NCBI GenBank assembly: GCA_038087875.1
Contig: CM075977.1
Location: forward strand, 288,548,001 to 288,612,000
Source: Malacoraja senta
Lineage: Eukaryota
Length of the DNA: 64,000 nucleotides
Reading direction: 5' to 3'
Shown here: piece after piece, positions 1-13,332 of the stretch
How the letters are laid out: each line of letters opens with the position of its first letter
Position numbering within the stretch: position 1 is the first letter of the stretch
Made by a program: the position numbers and the translations under genes
Notes under the pieces: model-generated
Seen by the model: only the letters and a program-made list of their open reading frames with translations
Told to the model about the DNA's origin: nothing
The model's database searches: none

Positions 1-722
1 GTGCTGCTGCAGGATTCCCAAAAAGTTAATCTGCAAAGTCGAATTGGTAGTAAAGAAAGCAAACTCAATGCTAGCATTTACTTCAAGAGTGCCTGTATAC
101 AAAAACAGGGATGTAATGCTGAGGCTTTATATGGCACTGTTAAGGCTGCATTTGGAATATTGTGAGCAATCTTGGGCACCATATCTGGGGAAGGATGTGC
201 TGGCTCTGGACAGGGTCCAGAGAAAGTTTACAAGAATGATCCCAGGAATGAGTAGGTTCACCAATGATGAGTATTTGTCGGCACTAGTCCTGTAGCTGGA
301 GTTTCACTGGTCCTGTACTCGCTGGAGTTCAATGAGGGAGGGACCTCATTGAAATATGCAGAATAGTGAAAGGCTTGGAGAGAGTAGATGTGGAGAGGAT
401 GTTTATACTAGTGGGAGAGTCTAGGACTAGAGGTTATAGCCTCAGAATTAAAGGACATTCTTTTAGGAAGGAGATGAGATTTCTTTAGTCAGAGGGTGGT
501 GAATCTGTGGAATTCTTTGCTACAGAAGGCTGTGGAGGCCAAGTCTGGATATTTTTTAAGGGAGAGATAGGTAGATTCTTGATTAGTACAGATGTCAGAG
601 GTTATGGGGAGAAGGCTGGAGAATGGGGTTAGGAGGGAGAGATATATCAGCCATGATTGAATGGCAGAGTAGATTTGATGGGCCGAATGGCCTAATTCTA
701 CTTCAATCTCTTATGACCATAT
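1..722 (+). mobile_element. CR1-clade LINE, 3' fragment (degenerate ORF2 C-terminus and 3' UTR)
   Basis: ORF 44..295 'LRLYMALLRLHLEYC..WAPYLGKDVLALDRVQRKFTRMIPG' is the CR1 post-RT motif; 3' UTR 'gggccgaatggcctaattct' recurs in other CR1 copies here. Confidence 0.9.
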
Positions 723-1005
723 GATTTTCTACCACAAGCTGGTATGTTTATTTTCAGTGTTGGTGGGAAAAATACTTTTTGTAAAGTAACTCGTCATTAA
801 AATTAAAACTTTTTTTGTCAACTCTGAAATCTCAACATATTGAGATCACATTATTTAGTATTAGGCCAAACATAAATATGGGTCTCCTTATATTTTCCAA
901 TCGGTGGCTACTTGTTGTGCCTGTGCAACACAATATTTATGTGTTTGGTAACATATAGGTGTAGTGACTCCTGTTTTATACATAAATAATTAAACATTTT
1001 CATAG

Positions 1006-1107
1006 TATCAACAGGCTTTGCAGTCGCCAATACATCAGCAGCCGTTACAACAGCAATTAATGATTCACCCAATGTATTATCAACAACAATCGCCTCAACA
1101 CTCTATG
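1006..1107 (+). CDS. BMP2K: BMP2-inducible kinase, internal Q/H-rich exon (YQQALQSPIHQQPLQQQLMIHPMYYQQQSPQHSM)
   Basis: catag| acceptor, |gtaagt donor, 102 nt, phase 0-0, open frame; resembles the exon following the BMP2K polyQ/H tract; joins in phase to 8035. Confidence 0.8.
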
Positions 1108-2989
1108 GTAAGTAAAGTACTCTAGGTGGAGAAGGAACTATTAAGAGGATCAGTTAACTTGAGTAAATCTTGCATTCTGTAATAGAGAACAATGGGTAGC
1201 AAAGCATGGTTTGAAAGTGTCACAGCTCTGGGGATTTTGCCTTCTCTACCTTTGAATATCTACTTCTGTGGTAATAACTTTTCAGGATGCATTCCTGTCC
1301 TAGACTTGGCGGTTGCTAGTTTATTTCTATGATCCATTTCCTTTTCTTGCAAATTAATTTTAAAAGATTCACAATTTCTTTCCTGCTCCAGTTACGTTTC
1401 AAGTCACCTTGTTTTACCTGCAGCATCCTGTTAGCTATGGTTGTTGCTCTTGATTCATTGAACATCCTCAGCATTTCCTGTTGGTAATTCTGCTTTTCTC
1501 ATTAGGCCATTCTTTGTTTCTCTATTACTGTTGCCATGCCATTTTGCCTTGCAACATCATCCCAATTGTTATTTAAATTCTTATAATGCTTATTACGGAC
1601 CTTTGGTATTTTGCCTTGCCTTTTCTATTGGCTTGGAATATGCCTTTGGAACTGACCTTGCATGTTATTTTATTTCTCTCCATAAAGTATTTCCAGCATT
1701 TTCTATGTTTGTATTTGAAGGCTCACAAGCCTTTCTACTTTAACTATTTCAACAATAATAATGGAGTATGCATGTCTCCATTACATTTAATCTTGTGTTC
1801 TATCCATTTTTTTGTATTTTCCCAATTTGTCAATTGCTCCACAACTAATTTTAGTTTGGTATGGACTGCATAAATTATCAATTGGAAAGAGTTTCAGAAT
1901 CTTGATTATTCAATGGTACCTATATATTCTAATCACATTTTCTTGCCCTTCATTTTCTTTAAGTACAGAATTTAAAAAATATATAATATCTACCTCTGAA
2001 ACCACTTTTCCCAAGCATTGTTTCACAGACCATTTCATGGAAATTCTTTTTAGTTTCACCTTCACTCTTGATCATGTAGATGTTATGTTCCCTTCAGCTT
2101 TTGGACAATAATGCTCAGGATTTCACAGAAACATTATCAAATTAGAGTGCAAATAGGTGAACAGCACTTGGTCACAGATTGTTGGAATGTCTTTCAGTTG
2201 GCTGAAAGCTTCTTGACAGGAGAGGATATGACCATCAAGATGGAGTGTGATGCAATCTTGAATTTGCAAGTGGGTTGTATGGAACAAAGAAATGACAGAT
2301 GAGGTTGAGATAGGGCAAAGTAATGCTATGGTGAGATTTCAAAGAGAATATTAAAATCGTATTTGCATAGATCAGGAGCCAGTACAAGCACCGAAGGTGA
2401 ATGAAAAGGATGTGGAGGATTCAGATGAAGTGATGATCAACTAGACCTGGAATAGCATTGCAATCCAGGAAAGCTATATTTATGAGGTTTCCAAAACTTG
2501 GTGCCAGAATTTAGCGCTCTATCATGATGTAACTCAACCAAGCTAAAGATTTTTATAGATCTTTAACTTAACAATCCTCAAGTCAGGGAACATGGTGAAA
2601 ATTGCACTCAGAGAATTGGTATGGAGGAGCTCTTCCTCTGGTTGGAGACAAATTTAGCACAAGAAAGATGATTGAGGTTGCTTGAGACCAGTCATCTCAG
2701 TCTTGGGATATTCCTGCAGGAACTCCTCGAAATGGTGTTATTGGCTCAACCATTCTCCACTTGGTCAATGTCCATCATATAATTAAAAAGTGAAGATTAT
2801 CTGAGTGAAGATTATCTGAGCTATCTGAGTGAAGATTATCGCCACATAATGTTCATTCTCTTTGCTATTGGCACATCCTCCACTTAGCATCTTGTGGGCT
2901 AGTGATGGTGGTAGGGCAATAGGGGTAAGGAGGAGTATGTTTCAACATTACACTTTCAGCACTCAAATGTATTCACTCACTGACTAAAT

Positions 2990-3279
2990 TGGTTTAGTTT
3001 AGAGATACAGCATGGAAACAGGCCCTTCGGCCTACTGAGTCCACACCGACCATGTTCCGCACACACTAACACTATCCTACACACACTGGGGACAATTTGC
3101 ATTTATACCAAGCCAATTGGCCAACAAACCTGTACATGTTTGGAGTGGGAGGAAACCAAAGATCTTGGAGAAACCCCATGCAGGTCACAGGGAGAACGTA
3201 AATCTCCGAACACCCATAGTTGGGATCGAAGCCGGGTCTCTGGCGCTGTAAGGCAGTAGCTCTACCACCATACCGCCCT
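2990..3279 (-). mobile_element. tRNA-derived V-domain SINE (HE1-like)
   Basis: On -: tRNA-like head 'ggtagagctactgccttacagcgccagagacccggcttcgatccc', V-type core, CR1-like tail 'gaagggcctgtttccatgctgtatctctaaactaaac'. Confidence 0.85.
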
Positions 3280-3390
3280 AAAGTGCAAGACGAAAGGAAC
3301 AAGTTTGGATAGGAAGGGAATTCTGTAGCAAGTGATTCACCCTTTTACTTCACCAAGGAACCAATCAGGGATGTAATGGAATAATGTCTA

Positions 3391-5131
3391 CAGTGCCCTC
3401 CATAATGTTTGGGACAAAGACCCTTCATTTATTTATTTGTCTCTGCACTCCCCAATTTGAGATTTGTAATAGAAAAAAAATCACATGTGGTTAAAGTGCC
3501 CATTGTTAGATTTTAATAAAGGCCATTTTTATACATTTTGGCCATGACATTTTGTTCAAACTTGTTTTTGACTGACAAAGAAATTCAATTCAATTCACCA
3601 TGTGAGAAAGAAGGCCATTTTTATACATTTTGGTTTCACCAAATTACCATTTTCACCATTTTGGTTTCACCAAATTACGGCAGTGTTTATACATAGTCTC
3701 CCCATTTCAGGGCATCATAATGTTTGGGACACAGCAATGTCATGTAAATGAAAGTAGTCATGTTTAGTATTTTGTTGCATATCCTTTGCATGCAATGACC
3801 GCTAGAAGTCTGTGATTCATGGACATCACCAGTTACTGGGTGTCTTCTCTGGTGGTGCTCTGTCAGGCTTGTATTGCAGCAATCATTAGCTTGTGCTTGT
3901 TTTTTTGTTTTGGGGGCTAGTCCCCTTCAGTTTTCTCTTCAGCATGTAAAAGGCATTCTCAATTGGGTTCAGATCGGGTGATTGACTTGGCCACTCAAGA
4001 ATTGACAATTTTTTAGCTTTAAAAATTCATTTGTTGCTTTAGCAGTATGTTTGGGATCATTGTCTTGCTGTAGAATGAACCGCTGGCCAATGAGTTTTGA
4101 GGCATTTGTTTGAACTTGAGCAAATAGGATAACACTTAAGAATTCATTATGCTACTACCATCAGCAGTTGTATCATCAATGAAGATAAGTCAGCAGCCAT
4201 ACATGCCCAGGCCAAAACACCCCACCATCGTGTTTCACAGATGAGGTGGTATGCTTTGGATCTTGGGCAGTTCCTTCTCTCCTCCATACTTTACTCTTGC
4301 TGATATAAGTTAATCTTCGTCTCATCTGTCCACAAGACCTTTTTCCAGAACTGTGGTTCCTCTTTTAAGTACTTGGCAAACTGTAACCTGGCCACCCTAT
4401 TTTTGCGGCTAACCAGTGGTTTGCATCTTGCAGTGTAGCCTCTGTTCATGAAGTCTTCTGCGGCAGTGGTCATTGACAAATCCACACTTGACTCCTGAAT
4501 TGTGTTTCTGATCTGTCAGACAGGTGTTTGGGAATTTTTCTTTATTATAGAGAGAATTCTTCTGTCATCAGCTGTGGAGGTCTTCCTTGGCCTGTCAGTC
4601 CCTTTGCGATTAGTAAGCTCACCAGTGCTCTCTTCTTAATGATGTTCCAAACAGTTGATTTTGGTAAGCCTAACGTTTGGCTGATGTCTTGTTTCTCAGT
4701 TTCATAATGGCTTCTTTGACTTTCATTGGCACAACTTTGGTCCTCGTGTTGATAAACAGCAATAAAAATTTCCAAAGGCGATGGAAAGACTAGAGAAAGA
4801 CGAGGTGCTGAGGGCTCTCTTATACCTGCATGAAGAAGGCAATTAAACACACCCAAGCAATTACAAGCGCCTGTGAAACCATGTGTCCCAAACATTATAG
4901 TGCCCTGAAATGGGGGGGGGGGGGGGGGGGGGAGAGATATTATGTATAAACACAGCTGTAATTTCTACATGGTGAAACCAAAATGTATAAAAATGGCCTT
5001 TAATAAAATCTGACAATGTGCACGCTAACCACATGTGATTTTTTTTTTTCTATTACAAATATCAAATTGTGGAGTACAGAGGCAAATAAAAAAATGATGG
5101 GTCTTTGTCCCAAACATTATGGAGGGCTCTG
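3391..5131 (-). mobile_element. Tc1-family DNA transposon (long IR/DR-type TIRs), defective, copy 1
   Basis: TA|cagtgccctccataatgtttgggacaaagaccc ... gggtctttgtcccaaacattatggagggctctg|TA; transposase fragments 'DISQTLGLPKSTVWNIIKK' and 'FWKKVLWTDETKINL' on -. Confidence 0.95.
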
Positions 5132-5569
5132 TATTTGTCTGGATGTCGCAACAAGCTTGACAACATTCAGGACAAAATAGATGCTTGATTATTTTTGTGT
5201 CTCACTTTAAATGTTCACAGTCCAGTGTGCATCATCTACATAATATGCCACCAGTTATCAATGTCTCTTCAGCGTTACTTCTACCATCAAGGAAGACTGA
5301 GATCAAGGGAATATAAATACCATTTGCAAATTCCCTTCCAGGTCTTTCACCATCCTGAAATGAAGGCACAATTTCCATTCCTTCATAGACACCAGATCAA
5401 CAAATTTGAACTCCCTACTTAAAAACATTAGCAAAAACAGCTGTTGGCCTCTCCTTCACATACTACATTAGTTTACTGTTTGGCATGGCTGTTAAATGGC
5501 ATGATTTAAAATAGGGGACATCATTTCTGTTTTAAAAAGTGTTGTAACATGGAGTAATTGGTAGCATCT

Positions 5570-6226
5570 CTGTATCCCGATCCTGTTACGGCTTTAGAAA
5601 TCGTGGACGAATTGGTGATCATTTTCCAATGTTCTATGGATTCTGGATCAGTTCCTGTGGATTGGAGGGTAGCTAATGTTATCCCACTTTTCAAGAAAGG
5701 AGTGAGAGAGAAAGCAGGGAATTATAGAGCAATTCGCCTGACTTCGGTGGTGGGGAAGATTCTGGAGTCAATTATCAAGAATGTAAAAGGATAGCATTTG
5801 GATAGCAGTAACAGGATCGGTCCAAGTCAGCATGGATTTACGAAGGGGAAATCATGCTTGACATATCTTCTGGAATTTTTTGAGGATATGACAAGTAAAA
5901 TAGACAAGGGAGAGCCAGTGGATGTCGTGTACCTGGACTGTCAGAAAGCCTTTGATAAGGTCCCACAGGAGATTAGTGGGCAAAATTAGAGCACATGGTA
6001 TTGTGTGTAGGGTATTGACATGGATAGAAAATTGGTTGGCAGACAGGAAACAAAGAGTAGGGATTAACGTGATCCTTTCAGAATGGCAGGCAGTGATTAG
6101 TGGGGTGCAGCAAGGCTCGGTGCTGGGACCGCAGCTATTTACAATATACATTAAGGATTTAGATGAAGGATTTAAAAGTAACATTAGCAAATTTGCAGAT
6201 TACTCAAAGCTGTGTGGCAGTGTGCA
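5570..6226 (+). mobile_element. CR1 LINE internal RT fragment
   Basis: 'VPVDWRVANVIPLFKKG', 'SQHGFTKGKSCLT', '[17 protein letters not shown]', 'KFADY' across frameshifted ORFs. Confidence 0.9.
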
Positions 6227-8034
6227 ATAAAGCAGCCCATGGAGGTACAGTTTATCTTTAATAGCAGTTTTCATTCTTCTATATTTACAAATGTGCGTGT
6301 TGCCTGAAGTTGCTGCCTCCATTTTGCCTAGTAATAACGGTGGCGTAACCTTGTTATGATACAAGAAATTCTGAGCCTTTAGGACATGAACAGGTATTTT
6401 CCAAGAATATCGGGAAACAAGTGGGACAGGCTTGAATAATTGGAATTAATCACTAGAATAAAGTTAATTCACTTGAAATTTGATGCAGAAATAATGGTTA
6501 AATATTGATACTCGTCATTAATACTGGAATCAGAATAAAGGACCCCCATAGTAGGCAAATTAAAATTGGAGATCTGGGGAAATTGCTGTAAAAAATGCAG
6601 TTACAATCTTTCTCACCTATGGAAGGTGTGAAGTTAATATTAATGATTATTTATTACATTAAAGGCTGAAAAGCCTTTGCTCTTTTGTGAAAGCCACGAT
6701 GCGCTAAAGTTCTTCAATTGCTTCTGAGTTAGTCACTGAACTGCAGTATAACAGATGATCGGTGGCATAGGAAGCAACTATTAAAACAATGTGTTTGAAT
6801 TAGGACGTTCCCTTCGTTTATAGTCTGTTCAGTCTTGAATAACTTTTTAATCACTTAGTAAAACATAATATTTGGCAAACCCATTGCCTGTGTCACATTA
6901 TCTGTAGACCTGTTGAGTCAACTTTTCAGGGAAAAGTAGCAGATCATTTTTTAAGTTGCATTTTAATGCTTTAAATTTATTTCTGTACTTGATTTCTCCC
7001 TAAATCACAAGGGTGTATCAATCTTGTTTTTGTTTGTTCTATGAACCCAAGTGTATTTTAAATTTAATGTTTTTACTTCCTACGTTGTTATCTGGCAGGA
7101 TTATTCGATCTGATCTGCCAGTGAACAGCTTGCACTATAAATATCCTACGAGGTGCTGAATTCAGTGATAACCAAAAACATTAATTGTACTGTTGCGTTT
7201 GCTAGAACTTAGTGGGAGCATATATATCAAGATGAGCAGTGTTCTTTTATCATTGATTATAAATTATGAATCGATATATTCCCATAATGGTGTACCTTAG
7301 ACTGCATCCAGTTCCATCTGTGACCAAATTAATAATAGAAATTAAAAATGCTGTCTATATGAGTAGGTTAGGTGAATCTGTGGAGAGTGTTGGAGTTAGT
7401 TTCAGGTCGGTGATGTTTAACTGAACCTTCCTGCAATGTGGGTTTTCGAGTCCAATTTACCAGGAATACTTTCTTGCAAAGTATTGCGTCCTAAAACACA
7501 CTGCTTTGAGTCTTCTGCATCTATTTCTTCACTTCATAAACCTTTTATCAGCAGACTTGTAACTTGGTCTTAGTTTGGAATGCAGTAAGGCTGATTGAAT
7601 ATTTTCTGGAGGATTCATGAGCATGATGAACGGCATTTCACTGCAGCACACTGATGGCATGTCCCTTTTTTCCTTCAGCCTTGCGTTCACTCAATGCACC
7701 TCCATGTTTGGCAGATCCATCTGTACTTGCGTTCCTGGAAAATTTGTTTATTTATCTAAAGCCAAGTTTTGATTCTTCAAAATACTTCATTAAGTCTTCT
7801 GTCACCTTTTCAATTGTTCCAGTTTCTGAGCTGTGCCTATTCTACTTTTAGGAAACATCTTGTAATATTTGCTGTGTTAAAGATGTAATTGCTATTGAGT
7901 TCACTTTCTTTTAAAGAGTGGTTTTCAGTTCAGTTTAGTTTATTGTCACGTGTACCGAGGTACAGTGAAAAGGTAAAACATTGCACAAATTTTTATCTAA
8001 TTATGGATGCATTAAACATGTTTATTTCTAATAG

Positions 8035-8276
8035 GTACAGCAGTACCAACAGGCTTTTGTGCAATCTCAGATTGCTGTGCATCAGAACCCAAATTTTCAG
8101 CCGTTAACACATGAATGTCAAGCCGCTTTAAGAGCTTTTGTTTCTCCAACCTCTCCAACTTCCCATCAAACCATTGGCCATCATAGAATTCAGAATGATG
8201 TCTCATATGCTATGGTTACTGGAACAAACACAGTGCATCTTGCTGGAGTGATGGAAACTTCTAACAACTCAGTTAG
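8035..8276 (+). CDS. BMP2K: BMP2K internal exon (VQQYQQAFVQSQ...METSNNSVR)
   Basis: aatag| acceptor, ag|gtcagt donor, 242 nt, phase 0-2; QYQQAF motif as in BMP2K; split Arg codon completed by the 10130 exon. Confidence 0.85.
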
Positions 8277-8519
8277 GTCAGTACTGAGGGATGAGGAAAA
8301 TGTTGATTAATAATATTAATTGATGATTTGGGGAAAATTGGTACCAATGATTGGAGCAGCTCAGTTCATTATATGTAAACTGACATTTTTTTAATGTTGC
8401 CAGTTGAATACACTTGCTTTTTCTACTTTGAAGCTGAAAAATTGCAACTTATTATCAGGCACTACCCTTCCTAAAATTTGGAAAATGTGCAATTTATGTA
8501 TTTAAAAAGATAAAAATGT

Positions 8520-9450
8520 TGGTGATTGGTGCTGGGCCCTTTGCAGTTTGTAGTTTATATCAACAATTTGAATGAGAATGTACAAGGCAGGATTAGTAAG
8601 TTTGCAGATGACATTAATGTTGGTGGTATTGTAGATATCAAAGATGGTTACCAAAAGGTTACAGCAGGATCTTGATCAGTTGGGAAGTGGGCAGATGAAT
8701 GGTTAAGGGATTTTAATGCATATAAATGTGAAGTGTTACATTTTGGGAAGTCTAACCAGGGAAAGACCTTCACAATAAATGGAAGGGCTCTGGGGAGTGT
8801 TGTTGAGCAGAACAATCTAGGAGTGCAGGTACATAGTTCCTGGAAAGTGGCATTGCAGATAGATAAGGTGGTTAAGAATATTTTCTGCACATTGGCCTTC
8901 ATCAGTCAGGTGTAGAAGTGGGATGTTGTGTTACAGCTGTACAAGGTGAGTGTAGAAGTTGGGATGTTATGTTACAACTGCACAAGGCCACAGCTGGAGA
9001 ATTGTGTTCAGTTTTTGGCCACCCTGAGGGGGAGGTTGGGCAGGCTAGGTCTGTATTTCTCGGAGCATAGGATGAGAGGTCTTAGAGGTGTATTAGATCA
9101 TGAAGGGAATAGGTGGGGTAGATGCAGAGTCTTCTGCCCAGTGTAGGGGAATCAAGAACCAGAAGACATGGGTTTCAGGTGAGAAGGGATAGATTTAATG
9201 TGAATCTGAGGGGCAATGTTTTCCACATGGAGGGTGTGGATATATGGGATGAGCTGCTGGAGGAGGTAGTTGAGGCAAAAACTATAACAACATTTAAATG
9301 ACATTTGGACAGGTTCATGGATAGGAAAGGCTTAGGGGGGGAGTGATATGGGCGTAACGTGGTCAGGTGGGACTAGTGTAGATGTGGTACTTTGTTCGGC
9401 ATGGGCAAGCTGGGCTGAAGGGCCTGTTTCCATACTGTATGACTATGACT
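8520..9450 (+). mobile_element. CR1 LINE 3' portion, degenerate
   Basis: 'aagtttgcagatgac' (KFADD), 'LHFGKSNQG', 3' end 'gggctgaagggcctgtttccatactgtatgactatgact'. Confidence 0.85.
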
Positions 9451-10129
9451 AAAATATTGAGACATGGGAGCTTGAAATTCTTTAAAATATTGTTACCGAG
9501 TTGTCTTATGGTAGGTTGTATCCTAATTAGAAATACCACAGATTTTTTTCTTACAATCTTCTTGTGTCATCTTGACAATTTCATCCTGATAAATATGCCC
9601 AAACATTAGAAGAGGGGGAAAACGCATTGAAATGTTTTGGGATCCTTGGGTTATAAATTGATTGAATCAAGCTACACCTAATCATTGTTTTTCTCAAAAT
9701 GGCATGTTTTCTGTCATCAGTCAAGAGTGTTTTATTGTTATATGTTCCAAAGCAGAATAATTAAATTCTTATTTGTAACAGCGGCACATTTCTTATTTGT
9801 AGCAGCAGGTTTGTAAACACAGTATTTTAATGGATAACACAACAAACAAACCAAAAAAGTTCAATAAATAAAAAACAAATATAGAGCAAAAACAAAACTG
9901 TAGACTGGTGGTTCATAGAAAGAAGCTGTTCCTGAATCTGGATGTTATGATTTTCAGACTCCTATACCACCTTCCTGATAGCAAGAGAGTGGTGTGGGTC
10001 CTTGCCCATTTTCCAAATTTTAGGAAGGATAATGCTGCTGCTGTTATTTGTCTAGATTTTGTATTTATATGAAATACCTATAATTGTTTTTCTTAATATT
10101 TAAAAAAATATTGCATTCTCATTTTATAG

Positions 10130-10287
10130 GCCAACCTGTTTAGATTTAGATGAGGCTTCCAAATTTTTTCCACAAAATATAAGTAACCCCCCCGACATGT
10201 CTGGATGGAATCCATTTGGAGAAGACAATTTCTCAAAATTAACCGAGGAAGAGTTACTTGATCGGGAATTTGATCAACTCAGATCAT
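10130..10287 (+). CDS. BMP2K: BMP2K internal exon (…NISNPPDMSGWNPFGEDNFSKLTEEELLDREFDQLRS)
   Basis: tttatag| acceptor, |gtaaga donor, 158 nt, phase 2-1; contains the conserved BMP2K/AAK1 'WNPFGEDNFSKLTEEELLDREF' motif. Confidence 0.95.
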
Positions 10288-10865
10288 GTAAGAGTGGTAA
10301 AGATTTTGTTTTATTTTCTTTCACATAGTAAGAATTATTTGTAGATTCAAGGTCACGTGACAAATGTTAACATGGTTTTAATTTATAAATATTGTTAAGG
10401 GGGGAAAAGCACAAATTCCAATTCATAGTCTGATATGGCACCTTGTTGGTCCACACTGAATACAATTTGCATAAGGCACATGCATGGTGAATTTAACATT
10501 GATTCTGAAATGGAAAAAAAATCTAATTGTCTTGGATTTTGAGGAAACTACTAACATTTTCTTGTGTAACTGTCAGAAACTGGGATTTCCAAGGGAAATC
10601 TCAGTGCACATGACAATAATAAATTAATAGCAAGCAGCTCTTACTGATGTAGTTAAAATCCCCAATTATTTTGATTTTATATAATCTGATTCACCTAAGT
10701 AGTTTGACATCAACTGCTGGATATGTGCTGAGCAAAATTGAACTTTGAATATAACCTTGTATTGAGAAACGTACTAATTTTTCTAATATTCTTGCTCTTT
10801 GAAATACAACTTGTACATGCTGACCTATAGGTTTCACATAGAAAATGCTTGTGTTTTATTTATAG

Positions 10866-10979
10866 GTAAACCAGAACAGAGGAGAACATCCATGGAGAGT
10901 GAGACTGAACAGTATTGCATTCAACAAACTCCAATTAAGGAAGACTTGTTTGGATGTGTTCCGTTTGTTTCGCAAACAG
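10866..10979 (+). CDS. BMP2K: BMP2K penultimate coding exon (KPEQRRTS…EDLFGCVPFVSQTG)
   Basis: tttatag| acceptor, g|gttagt donor, 114 nt, phase 1-1; DxFGxVPF motif. Confidence 0.88.
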
Positions 10980-11254
10980 GTTAGTTTTCCATCTTTTTAA
11001 GGGTGAGAATGGATTCTTCTCATTTTATCTTGTATTCTGGAAATGTTCTAGTCTGAGATCTGGGACACCTGTGAAAGTTTACATTGCTCTTTTGGATTCA
11101 TTCACTGATAGATATGAGTGTGAGCTAACTTTTAAATTAAAACAACTCTTACAGAATATCTTCCTTTGTGGAATTAACACTCCTGTAATTCACTCCGATT
11201 GCTTTTCAGCTTGCATATGATTGGCTTATGATGTCAACCAATTTTCTTCCTAGT

Positions 11255-11945
11255 CCTATCCACCGCCCTCTGACGCAGAGAATTCCACAGACTCACAACT
11301 CTGTGTGTGAAAAAGTGTTTCCTCATCTCCGTTCTAAATGCCTTACCCCTTATTCTTAAACTGTGGCCCCTGATTCTGACTCCTCCAACATTGGGAACAT
11401 GTTTCCTGCCTCTAGTGTGTCCAAACCCTTAATAATCTTATATGTTTTAATAAGGTCCCCTCTCATCCTTCTAAATCCCAGAGTATACAAGCCCAGCCGC
11501 TCCATTCTCTCAGCATATGACAGTCCCGCCATCCCGGGAATTAACGTTGTGCACATACGCTGCACCCCCTCAATAGCAAGAATGTCCTTCCTCAAATTAG
11601 GGGACCAAAACTGCACACAATACTCCAGTTGTGGTCTCACTAGGACCCTGTACAACTGCAGAAGGACCTCTTCAACCCCTCTTGTTATGAAGGCCAACAT
11701 GCCATTCACTTTCTTCACTGCCTGCTCTACCTGCATGCTTACTTTCATTGACTGGTGAACAAGGACCCCAAGATCCCGTTGTACTTCCTCTTTTTCCAAC
11801 TTGACACCATTTAGATAATAATCTGCCTTCCTGTTTTTGCTAGCAAAGTGGATAACCTCAAATTTATCCACATTAAACTGCATCTGCCATGCATCTGCCC
11901 TCTCACCCAACCTGTCCAAGTCACCCTGCATTCTCATAGCATCTT
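11255..11945 (-). mobile_element. CR1 LINE fragment
   Basis: ORF 11356..11937 (-) 'WQMQFNVDK', 'RPQLEYCVQFWSP', 'RRMRGDLI'. Confidence 0.92.
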
Positions 11946-12154
11946 ATAGGTGCCATGCATTGCCTGTGCAAACTTTCCTGAACACACTTGACAGCCCTAT
12001 TAGTCTTGCAGCTGTCTGCAATCTCCTGGCATATTTATTCCTCTAACTGCTGTTGAGTATTTGTGGTCTTATAGTGCAATTTCAACAATGTGGTCATCCC
12101 CTTTTTATTTCTCCAGCAATGTTGCCTCACTGGACAATATGGCTTTGTCCTTAT

Positions 12155-13190
12155 GGACACAAGGAGCTGCAGATGCTTATTTACAATAAAAGAAATGCTG
12201 GAGTAATTCAGTGGATCAGGCAGCATTGATGGAGAACATGGATAGATTATGTTTTTGGTCTGGATCCTTCAGATTGATTGTGGTGGGGGTGGGGGAGATG
12301 TGAGAGAGAGAATAAAGGTGGAAGAGAGGAGGGGTGGGACTGGCTCATGGGGTGATGGAGACATTTGATAGGAAGAGGGAGAGAAAGGAAGGAGTTGTTT
12401 GTTGGTTAGGTACCTAAAATTGGAGAATTTGGTGTTCAGACTGTTTTGTGCTACCCAAGCAGAATATGAGGTGCCGTTCCTCCAGCCTCTCTGGCAATGG
12501 AGGTGACCCCCAAAAAAAGGTCAGTATGGGAAGGGAAGTTGAAATGGTTAGCAACCAGGGGAGGCAGCAGGCCTTGGCGAACTAAGTGCAAGTATTTTGA
12601 GAAACAGTCGCAGAGTTTCACTGATGTGAAGGAGGCCACGTTGGGAACACCCAATGCGGTATATGAGGTTAAAGGAGGTGCACATGAACCTCTGTCACCT
12701 GGAAGGGCTACTCGGGTCGTTGGATGCATGTGAGGGAGGAGGTGTTGCTGCATCTGCGGTTGCATAGGAAAGTACCTGGAGATGGGTTGGTTTGCGTGGG
12801 AAGGGATTAGTGGCCCAAAGAATTGCAAAGAGATTGGTTTCTGTGAATGGGGGGGGGGGGGGGGGAAGGTTGAAGATGGGAAGATGTGATTGTTGGTGAG
12901 ATCATTGAAGGTGGCAGAAATGTCGGCGCATGATGCGGAAGCTGTGGGGGTGAGTATTTGAGGTCAGACAGGGAAACCTTCCTCGTTCCCTGTGTGGGGA
13001 TGGTGGAACGCCCCCTCCCCATTTCCCTCGCCTGGATCCACCTATCACTCACCAAGCTTTGTCCTGTTCTTCTCTTCTAGCTTTCTACCGCCACTGCCAC
13101 AATCTGTCAGAAGAAAGGTCAAGCTAGCCCAAAACATTATCTAGCCATGTTTTCCAGAGATCTGCAGAGTTACTCCACCACTGTGTCTTT
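12155..13190 (-). mobile_element. Penelope-like retroelement fragment (GIY-YIG end plus pLTR), with an inverted pLTR segment at ~13010-13190
   Basis: On -: degenerate GIY-YIG C-terminus 'HLVRQGLLPPLVANHFNFPSHTDL'; motif 'tgctggagtaattcag' at ~12194 mirrored by 'cagagttactccacca' at ~13165. Confidence 0.75.
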
Positions 13191-13332
13191 TTATTACTTT
13201 ATTCTTACTTTCTCAAGATTCTAGTTCACTCCTTGTGTATAGTCCTGTATTTCTTTTGGTTTGGTGCAAATTTACCATTGTAACTTGAAAAGCAGATGAT
13301 TCAGAAAAACATTGTTTTAGATATGAGTCTTA

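Noticed and set aside
2790-2840. Short direct repeats gtgaagattatctga
   Set aside because: Local slippage duplication inside an old LINE-like remnant; no further structure.
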